A stretch of 64,000 nucleotides of DNA. It comes from Octopus sinensis (taxonomy: Eukaryota). A program made the translations under genes and the position numbers. Under the pieces are notes generated by a model. It searched no databases and was not told where the DNA came from. It worked only from the letters and a program-made list of their open reading frames with translations. The stretch lies in the NCBI RefSeq assembly GCF_006345805.1, contig NC_043005.1, forward strand, positions 17,608,001 to 17,672,000, written 5' to 3'. Positions 53,665 through 64,000 of this stretch are shown here, piece by piece (position 1 is the first letter of the stretch; each line of letters starts with the position of its first letter).

Positions 53665-55749
53665 GACATTTATCTATCATGGTCAAAGCCAGGTTAAGCT
53701 AACTTTTGATATGAAGTCCGAAACTGGAGTTCAACAAATTTTATTTCACAAATTATTATAGTATAGGCAGGCATTATTGTTGAGAAACCCCCATCAGTTT
53801 TATAGCATAAAGGTTGGTAATCACGCCAGAATTTTTACCCTGTCTATACCAAACTCAGGTCTGTTCTTGGGCCCATGTAATATACAAAAGCAATGCAATG
53901 TTTAGGCCCTTTTTAGAACTAGTATTAATAAACAAGGGAACTTGTAATATCTTTTGCAGACTTGCTCAATGCAGTAAACACAACACCAAACTAGGAAGCA
54001 ACATGCACAGCGCACTCACAATAGTGACTGGCTGGCTATAACATCAAATCAAATGTATTCAGAATATGGAGGAAAATGTTTTCATAGATGAGTAACTTCT
54101 TTAAATGCTAAGCATTCAACCATAAAGTGAAGCAAAAATAATATGAAGAACACTGATCTGACACTTCTAACAAGTCCATTACATCATGCTGATGACACAC
54201 CTACAAAGCCAACACATACTTTGGTACTATTTTAATCTGAGAAGTGATCCACAAAAAAAAAAAAAAAAAAAAAAAAAATCAGACAAGGATATTGACAAAC
54301 TCAGGAATAATGTAAACAAAGATGTATGTTGGCATGACATACAGTGATAAGAATTGACAGGTCACTGTGAGAGATGACTTTAGAAACATTAAGCCAGAGG
54401 AATGACAGAAACTGCAGGATTAAATGCCCCAAATCATTTACTTACGTTCCTTTATATTACTGACTCATACTTAGCATGAAAAGGAAGCAAGTACTGGGAA
54501 TATATGGGAAAGTCAAACCAAATGACTACATTTTATGTCAAGAAAAAAGATAAAAACAAAAATTTCTAATTTTTAATAGCTTTGAGTTCCTGTATTCCTC
54601 TCTTAGTAACAGAATTTATGCATGGAATAAACACTTTCAAATCATTATAAAGAGATGAAAGTGCTTTGTAAAAAATATGAAAAAACCTTTTGCATTAGGT
54701 AATAAATGCAGATTCCATGAATTCTGGAAGTTTCAGAGGAAACATTTTTTTCTCAAAGAAATACATAAAATACAATAGAAGAAAAGGAAATGGTTAGGAG
54801 ACATTTTCAATTGCCAATGAAATGAAACAGTTGTATAATCAGAAAAAAAGGGCTAAAAGTAATTGGTGGAACAATTTGTATTTTGGACAACCCTCTGACT
54901 GTCAAATGTAAAAACATGAGCAGAAAACAAATACTAAACCAAATACTAAAATTGGGATTTCTACAGTTAACCATAAATCTTCAAAGACAAAGTACCCATA
55001 TAAAAGTAAAACCACAACTAGAGAAAGCCAAGAAGATTCCACATGTTTTGCAAGTGAAAAATAAGCAGTAATATTGTCTGTTTTTGCAATGGTGGAGATG
55101 TCAACAAATAGCAGGCAAGACAGAGAAATGGGGGGGGGGGAGAAAAAGATAGAAGCAGTGTTGAGGTGGTAACTGAAAAAATAGGAGAGAGAGAGAGAGA
55201 AAAAAAAGGACAAAAAGAAATGCTAATGAATTGATACAGGTGTATATGCGCATGCATATGTACATGTGCACACACATATAGACACACTTAAAACTGCAAG
55301 AGTTTGCTCAGGTGAGGCTGTTGGTACAACATAATGTAATGGTGGTGGTAAATAGTAGAGTTGACAGCAAACTATTAATTTTTGAAGCCAAATTCTGAAG
55401 AAAAAAAAAAACATGATTTAGTGTATGTGCCTTGGTGCAAATAACTATTGTCAAGTAATGTCATTGCTGTCACACCACTACCAACAACAAAAAACAGCCA
55501 CCAAAAGCAAACAACACACTACCACCTACCATTATTGTATCTCTTTTTTTCTTTCTCTCCATCTTTCTATCTTTTCATGTGAATTCTAATCTCTTCCCTA
55601 TTATAAACACCAACACTGCTGCTGCCATCCATACAACCATAACTATCAGGTTTATTTTTAGTTTTTTTATAGCTATTTGAGTTGCCTCCCTTTGCACAAA
55701 ACAAAGGGTAGGTAGGTAGGTGGGTGGGAATATTTTATTATATCAATAT

Positions 55750-56275
55750 TCCCAACCACATGGTTCTGGGTTCAGTTCCACAGTGTGACACCTCAGGCTA
55801 GTGTCTACTACATCAACGTCATCATTTAATGGCTGTTTTCCATGCTGGCATGTGTTGGATGGTTTGACCAGAGCTGGCAAGCCAGAGAGCTGCACCAGGT
55901 TCTAGTTTGATTTGGCTTGATTTCTATGGCTGGATGCCCTTCCTAACGCCAAACACTTTACCGAGTGTGCTGGATGCATTTTACATGGCACCAGCATTGA
56001 CCAAAACTTTGTCAGTGGATTCAGTGGACAGGAAGAAAAAGAAGCCCACTTTATGTATGTGTGTGTGTGTGTATGTCATATTTGTGTCTGCCTCCCAACA
56101 TCACTTGACAACCAGTGTTGGTTTGTGTATGTCTCTGTAACTTAGTTTGACAAAAAAGGCTAAGGGAGTAAGTGCCAGGCTTTTAAAAAACTAAGTACAA
56201 GGGTTGATTTATTTGGCCAAAGCCCTTCATGGTACTGCCCCAGCAGGGCTGCAGTACAAGTGAAAGATAAAAGAA
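55750..56275 (+). mobile_element. SINE family B interrupted by an inverted family C element (~55815-55998)
   Basis: B head 55750-55812; minus-strand RTE-tailed element; B resumes at tgaccaaaactttgtcagtggatt. Confidence 0.7.
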
Positions 56276-56348
56276 ATAGAGTTATGTCAACAGTGATCCG
56301 AGCATTTCACCATGCTGATGGTTGATCTGTAACAAGATTGGGAAGAAA

Positions 56349-56585
56349 AGCGGTGAGCTAGCAGAAACGTTAGCACACCAGGCGAAATGCTTAGCGGTAT
56401 TTCGTCTGCCGCTACATTCTGAGTTCAAATTCGGCCAAGGTCGACTTTGGCTTTCATCCTTTTGGGGGGGATGGGTCAATTAAATAAGTACCAGTTAGCA
56501 CTGGGTCGATATAATCGACTTAATCCGTTTGTCTGTCCTTGTTTGTCCCCTCTGTGTGTAGCCCCTTGGGGGCAGCAAAGAAATA
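56349..56585 (+). mobile_element. SINE family A (tail type 1)
   Basis: Head, core and tail colinear with the other copies. Confidence 0.88.
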
Positions 56586-56732
56586 AAATTGGGAAGAAAT
56601 AAGTAATAACAGTGAATACACAAAATAGTAGTTATAAAAACTGAAGTTAACCTATATTTTTATATAATTCTGCTTGTAAAAAAAGAACAAATTTTTTTCA
56701 TAGGCCTCCCTTTTTAATTAGCTGGGTAAATT

Positions 56733-56930
56733 AAGGCGGCGAGCTGGGTGAAATACTTAGAGGTATTTCATCTGTCTTTACATTCTGAGTTCAAATTCTG
56801 CCGAGTTCGACTTTGCCTTTCATCCTTTCGGGGTTTATAAATTAAGTACCAGTGCAAACTGGGGTTGATCTAACCGACTGGGCCCCTCCCCAAAAATTTT
56901 GGGCTTTGTGCCTAGAGTAGAAAAGAATTA
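56733..56930 (+). mobile_element. SINE family A (tail type 2) with a deletion in the head
   Basis: ggcggcgagctgg joined directly to gtgaaatacttag; type-2 tail. Confidence 0.85.
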
Positions 56931-58834
56931 TCCAGATAAATTAACTTTACCAATAAACTTCAAGAAGTATTATGCTGGTGGTCAGAGACCAGTGACTCAG
57001 CATTTTGTCAAGTCTTTATAAAATACAACAGAAAAAAATATTCTAAATTTGAGTCTCTTTCTGCAGTTCTAAAAACCCAATACTATATACAAATGAAGAT
57101 ACATCAGAGGCAAGAAGATTGAGTTTGGACTTGATGATACATTATTCAGTGAAAAAGTGTTCTGAATCAAACTCATAACCATATATGGTTATAATCAGGA
57201 GCCAAATACCCTAACCACTGAGTCACACACCTTCATGAACCAAATCAAGAATGGGTGCTGTGTGGCAGTTCAATCCCTGCCAGTGGTGGAGAAATGACTA
57301 ACGTGACAAACAATGAATCAAGATTTTTCCAATTGCTTATATTTTGGGTTAGAAATAAACTTTAATGAACATAATTGCGTGAATTACTGTCTTAAAACAA
57401 AACAGTCAACTAATAATTAAAAATTGGTTGCAAACTTTTATTTTGGATTTTAAGATTCCAGGAAAGGATAGTGAGGGAAGGAAGGTACAATCAAAAACAG
57501 TTTGGTATCAGTAATATGGTTTCAAGTGTAGGTGGTAACAAGTACAGCAAACATGTATATTAAGTCTTTATACATGACACAAACATTTACATGTCTCCTA
57601 ACCTAAATTCAAGCCTTATACATGCACAAAAACATTTATTCTCAAATTCATATCGTTGCTATTATGCAAACGGGTCGTAAGTCCAAAAGGTGGCTTTTTC
57701 AGAAAACAAAATATAGTTTCACCATTCCATAGCAAAACTGTTGTACCACTTTGACAATTTTTCATATCTTGTCATATGAAACAGCTGGAGATACAATAGT
57801 TTGACCAAAAGAACCAGCTATTGCAAGCAAAAATAAATATTGAATAAAAAAAAATGCATTTGGCTAAATTTGGAATATCACAGTTTAACATAATAGCAAC
57901 GAATGAATTTGGGGAAAATTCAATGTGGTAAACACTGTTTCATGTAATGAGATTGATAGCAGAACTAGTCCTGTGGTGCAGGGCCCAATATTTCCTTTAC
58001 TATTTTATCAGTTCAAGTCTAATTTGAGAGAAAATGTTTGACTAGAGCATTATATTTGTCCAGACATTATTTCACACATAGAAACCAAAATTAGCCATTG
58101 ATTGGCATTTATACTTTTACTTGAAACTGAAAATAGGTTAGTATTTGCTTACACAATGGCATACAGACTCAAAGAAGATGATCAAGCAGATTATAGCTGT
58201 TGCAAATTGGTAAGGTGTCCCCATGTGTCTTCAGAAGGATGAGCAATATTGCAAACAGAATTAAGTGCCTAGTAAAAAAAAGATAACCTCTAAAGCTAGA
58301 GAAGTATTATGAATATGCAACACATTGCTCTAGAGCTAATTTACCTATCAAAATACTGCACTTCCTAAAGATCTAACTGATGTAACAAACGAAACCTACA
58401 CTCCGAGACATCGTGGTCAGTAATCATTGGTTTTCCTCATATAATTTGAAGTGTATAAACTATGTGTAATTACTTTATACTGCCATCACTCCTCCTTACT
58501 CTTGCAGACTAAGAGAGGACAGCCAAGTCTATGAGTACAAAATAACTGAAGTTAAAGAGGTCAGTTGCATGGCCTTGAATTGAGAGTTTACTACAGCCCA
58601 TATATAACTTGCCACTACCTGCATTCACAGAAAACAAGCACCGTTTACAACTGGGTACAATATTAGAATCAGTATGAAACCAGATAGATTTAACTTATAG
58701 AGTATATAACCATGTCACCTTCATTTGTAAATCTGAAAACAATGCACATATGAAACAAAAGACCTAAGTGTTAAGTTGGTTATGTGGTCATGAAATTCAC
58801 CTTGAAAACAATTGCACTTCACCACAGAATTGAA

Positions 58835-59007
58835 TAGGCGCAGGAGGGGCTGTGTGGTAAGTAGCTTCTTTACCAACCACATGGTTCCGGGTTCAGTCCC
58901 ACTGCATGGCACCTTGGGCAAGTGTCTTCTACTATAGCCTTGGGCCGACCAAAGCCTTGTGAGTGGATTTGGTAGACGGAAACTCAAAGAAGCCCGTCGT
59001 ATACATG

Positions 59008-59049
<42 letters not shown>

Positions 59050-59253
59050 TGTGTGTGTTTGTCCCCCTAGCATTGCTTGACAACCGATGCTGGTGTGTTT
59101 ATGTCCCCATTACTTAGCGGTTCGGCAAAAGAGACCGATAGAATAAGTACTGGACTTACAAAAGAATAAGTCCCGGGGTCGAGTTGCTCGATTAAAGGCA
59201 GTGCTCCAGCATGGCCGCAGTCAAATGACTGAAACAAGTAAAAGAGTAAAGAG
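58835..59253 (+). mobile_element. SINE family B, full length
   Basis: Near-identical to 19835-20252. Confidence 0.9.
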
Positions 59254-59399
59254 AACCAATGTCTTAGGAGTGAAATTTGATAGACAGAAATTGCACACCA
59301 GGATGCAGCATATAATTTGTACTTACAAACTAGAGGAAAATTATTCAATGCAAGAAAGAGTTTATTGTTTAGAATTTGAGGCGCAGATATAGAAGAGGC

Positions 59400-59776
59400 A
59401 TCCCTTTGTAGTAAGAAGTTTGCTTCCCAACCACATGGTTCAGAGTTCAGTCCCACTGCGTGGAACTTTGGACAAGTGTCTCACTATAGTGTTGAGCCAA
59501 CTAAAGCCTTGAAAGTGGATTTGGTAGATGGAAATTGAAAGAAACCTGCCGTGTGTGTGTGTGTGAGTATATATGTATGTGTTTCCCAACCACTACTTTA
59601 CAACTGGAGTTGGTGTGTTTATGTCCCTGTAACGAAGTGGTTCAGCAAAAGATTGATAGAATAAGCACCAGGCTTAAAAAAAAAAATACGGGAAGAATTT
59701 CATTTGACTAAAATTCAAGATACTGCCCCAGCATGACCGTGGTCTAATGACTAAAGTGAGTAAAAGATAAAAGATA
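59400..59776 (+). mobile_element. SINE family B, older copy
   Basis: Colinear with family B from tttgcttcccaaccacatgg to taaaagataaaaga. Confidence 0.8.
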
Positions 59777-60186
59777 TGTTAGCGCAGTGTTAAATTAAAA
59801 TAACCATCTATGTAATGCACTTAATGTATACACAGTTGATAGGCCAACAATTGCAGAATTTGCCCCGAGATAGTATCTTTTAAGGACTTACTGAGTTAAA
59901 AACACAAATATAAGAGAGATAAAAATCCATCCCAGCAGCATTAGTTAGCAAGGGTGCGAGATGTATTATGGCCTTTCTGGCCTTTTCAATGGTGTATACA
60001 CACAGCCAGTCACATGCTTCAACAAAAATTCATCATCTCTGATACAGGAAAATGTGAATAAAATATTCACTGATTTAATGAATAGCGATCCATAAGAGAT
60101 GCTATCTCAAGGCAAATACTGCAGTAACTGACTTATTGATGGTGTGCATACATTAAGCATGCTATTTGTTTGTGTGTGTGTGTTCG

Positions 60187-60221
<35 letters not shown>

Positions 60222-60222
<1 letters not shown>

Positions 60223-60570
60223 CTTTTATCTTCTGTTTCAGTCATTTGACTGCGGGAATGCTGGGGCCACCACCTTGAAGAATTTTAGTCAAGTGAATTG
60301 ATCCCAAGACTTAATTTTAAAGCCTGGGACTTATTCAATTGGCTTCTTCTGCCGAGCCAATGAGGTACAGAGAACTAAACCAACACCAGTTGTCGAGTGT
60401 TGATGGGGGAACACACACATACACACGAGTTTCTTTTAGTTTACACCTACCAAATCCACTCACAAGGCTTTGGTTAATCCAAGGCTATAGCATAAGATAT
60501 TTGCCCAAGGTGTCACACAGTGAAACTGAACCTGGTACCATGTGGCCGAGAAGCAAACTTCTTAACAGTC
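60222..60570 (-). mobile_element. SINE family B, diverged
   Basis: tttcagtcatttgactgcgg, caaatccactcacaaggctttgg and ttgcccaaggtgtcacacagt segments. Confidence 0.8.
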
Positions 60571-63500
60571 ACACTAGTGCTATAAGTATGTATATATGTA
60601 GTGCTGTATGATAAAGAATTTCACTTTCTAACTACAGCTTAACACTTAGGGAAAGTGTACCCCTATGAAAGTCCCAGACAGGCAAATGATCTGCAAGTGA
60701 ATATGATAAAAATAAATGAGTGCGTATGTGTACGCTGGTCCAAATGTATGTGTATGTTGAACTTTTTGCTTGTCACTGTTTACACAATATGGGAATGTTT
60801 ACATTTCTGAAGAACAGGACAACCATTTGCCTTGCACCTTCAAAGTCCTGTGAATAAATAAAATCCCTGACTTGCAAACCAAGTTAGCATTAATGACAGG
60901 AAGACTGACCATAAAGTCCTGCTTCCAATCAGTTCCTGTCCAACCGAGGCAAGCTTGGAAAATTGGATGTTAAAATGAATAATAATGATATATAACACAG
61001 AGTCATAATTAAATCTTAATGCAATTTTAAATTTTTGTAACTATTTCTGTAAATGATAAAATTAATCTATAAAGAATATTTAGAAAATGGATATCTCTAT
61101 TATTTATTTTTAACATACATTTTCAACTTCATATGTAAAAATGGAAGTTAATTCAACTAAACCTCATTCAAGAGATGATTTTCAGGCTAGGAATAACTAA
61201 TGTAATTTAGGATGTAACTGGAAATTAGATGCCAAACATATTTGTAGAACTTCAAGAACACATCAAATTTTGTATACATGGTAATGATAGGTTATGCCAA
61301 AAGTTATTATTAGGAATAAATCTGTCTTAATCTGTTTTAAAATGTAATGAATTCTATTCTTTATCCTTTTTGCACATACAATTATTCAAATTAAAATTAC
61401 ACCAGCATTTTATAATAATCCTATTGTACATTATATGTGGGTAAAAAAATACTTTTTAGAATTTACATTTTGAGTTAACTCCCTTTATAACAAAAACAGT
61501 TAACTATTCTGAACAGGGATTGATTAAATATCAGACTATGCACTTACAAATAACACCCCAGAATGACTACAATACCAACATTGACACCAGTAACAGAAAT
61601 ATATATATATATATATTTAGCTTAACTACAGTACTTAGGTTTAAGAAATACAGCAGCAGGTCATAAAAAGTTAACTTGATAAGCGTTTTCTATTTCTTTG
61701 TGGATTGTGGATCATTTGGCTAACTGGATAACTCAGTGGCTAGAAAAGGAAAGGTGACAAGTCTAAATATCAAAGGAAATGGCATCAACAGCATGTTGAC
61801 AGCAAGAGAACACAGTTGACATGGTATCAAGCAGAGAGAGGAGTAGGGCTGGAGGTTTACATAAAAAAAAAAAAAAAAATTTGCTTCAGATGACACATTT
61901 CCCATAACTTACAAATAGTAGGTTTATGAGAAGGGGGAGAATTACATGTTAATGGCATCTATTTAAAGGAGGGGGGGGAACACAGCAGGATGAGGTATCT
62001 GGTACAATGAAAGCAAAATGACATTGGTATAGTCCATACAAGGATGAATTAGAATGGAATGATAAATTAGAAAGGGGGAAAAAAAAACATGTTTAAAAAA
62101 ATATATTCAGATACACGTTATATTGTACAGGAATTTCAGTGACATTACTGGTGGGTGTGAGATAATTAGCCACATTGAAGCACTGCCTTCATATGAATTT
62201 ATTTTTTTATACATACACTAATCGAGGATTTATTGGAAAATACGTTCTGTGTATTTAAACTAAGTAGATGAGGAACTAATGTGTTAGAGAGGGAGAAAGA
62301 GAAACTCTCAAAGGACAAATTAAGATTAGAAATACTCACTAAACATGTGAAAATGGGGAGTATGAAGGTCATGGCCGGAATGTCTTTCATCAGAGGCTTA
62401 CATGACAAGGGTTGGATTTTTAAAATGGGAGTGGAAAATATGTTCCAAATCCTAAATCTGCAGTGGTTGCCAAGAGGAGCAGCTTACCATCTCAGTTACA
62501 GGAATAAGTTCAAAATTTGTCTTAGTTCCAAAAGGAGACCCAATAACCAACCTTTTAAAAATGTCTCAGAGAGGTTACTAAAGCTAACATTACATCAATA
62601 TGGTTTTTGTAGATGAAATATATATGGATAGAGTTAAAGAGGGCATCATTCCTGAGAAGGAATAGCCAGATACAGAATGGGCGACTGGGTGCTTAAAAGA
62701 GGGAGCACAAATATTGATTAGTTGAAGGAGGATATGAGAGCATGATGTAAACTGTTCTGACAACTGGTTCATTTATACTGATGTGTCACATTCAGACAAT
62801 GGAACAGGATGTTGGGCAACCTGGACCTTCCAAAATACAAATATGAAATTCAGACTGCATTATAATTTTTGTACTATTTCATGCAGAGTAGTGAGGAATG
62901 ATATCTAGATTTTGAGTAAGTGATATATGAAAAAAAGGATTTTCTATTTACCAATAGTTTATGAAATCTGAAGCTGAATCAATAAAATTTAGAATATTCT
63001 TCTAAAAATAGACATTTAGCGAAAAATAATAAACAAGTAACAAAGATTTGGACACCCGGTGGCACAAGTATTAAGGGAAGCAAGAAAGAATTAAAAACAA
63101 GAGGAATAAAAAAGAGAAAAAGAAATAGATAAAGGCTGTATTCCAAATCTATCCCAATTCAAATCATTCAACAAAAACATAATTAGTCAAAGATGGAAAA
63201 AATATTGAGAAGAATCAAGATATAAACTATTAAACATTAATCCTCCATTATCTTAGATTTATCAATGTATAAAACATTATCAGATGCTGACTGAGTAAGG
63301 TTAAAGACTTTGCTGGCATTGAATGGGCCATATTCCTTTTAACTACATTCTACAAGTCATTTGGAATGCTCCGTAAGATCTTGGAGACTTTTCACAAATC
63401 TTATGGCATTGAAAAGACTACAAAGGTGACATATCACCAACCACAAAAAGGATTTACCAACCATAAGTAGGTTCTTCCAATTCATGGAAGCTACAAAAAA

Positions 63501-64000
63501 ATTAAACAAAAACATCTCTTCTTTATTTGTACTTTCTCCTTTTACAGTTATTTTTTAATATATACAAGGGACAATGTACTATACTATAAGTACAGTATGG
63601 CTGAATGGTTTAAGAAGTTCACTTTGCATGCATCAACAAGGTTCATGGTCCAATCTCACCATGTGGCATCTAAGGCAAGCGTCCTTTTCTATAACCTTGG
63701 GTTGACAGGTACATGTGAGTAAAACTGGGCAGCCATAAACTGTAGAAAAATTTGTAGAATGGATTGTAACTAATTTAAAGACACAACACTGACACAAACT
63801 GTACCACACTGATTCTGCTTAAGAACAAAATTAAGGGTGCATATGTCTGTTGAATGCTTGTCCAATTTATATGCTAATTAAATGAGTGGATAATTCAACT
63901 GTTCAAACTGAATCCTTGTCCTCAACTGACAGAGATCCATCATCAATCAATATTTACCTTTCTCAGTCTTGTCGTGGTTTACCAGCTTTATACAAAGCTT

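Noticed and set aside
57500-58500. Possible decayed DNA transposase on the minus strand
   Set aside because: Only faint motif resemblance; not supportable without a homology search.
62200-63520. Possible LTR-type pol or Penelope RT relics (e.g. FIYTDVS)
   Set aside because: Motifs are too degenerate to assign.

Overview
AT-rich eukaryotic DNA, most likely an octopus or related coleoid cephalopod. This is inferred from the SINE content, a [13 protein letters not shown]-type C2H2 relic and very long TA microsatellites. The only intact gene found is Rab5 on the minus strand. Its five coding exons are 30169-30007, 11650-11499, 6903-6781, 3346-3253 and 57-<1, all flanked by GT-AG introns; the last exon runs off the window. 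The rest is intronic or upstream sequence packed with SINEs (three families), MITEs (piggyBac-like and mariner-like), Helitron/Helentron-like elements, decayed mariner transposases, LINE relics, a 22-bp minisatellite and a ~9-kb TA/TACA tract holding two CR1-group LINE insertions. Four observations stand out. (1) A 153-bp palindrome is built from two inverted Penelope-type hammerhead ribozymes, with only the Rab5-sense copy mutated in the core. (2) A tRNA-Asp/SINE chimeric retrocopy sits inside an older repeat. (3) An RTE-type tail is fused to a C2H2 zinc-finger fragment. (4) Non-LTR elements are repeatedly inserted in TA microsatellites. Almost all ORFs in the supplied track are spurious. Repeat boundaries were read by eye and are approximate.
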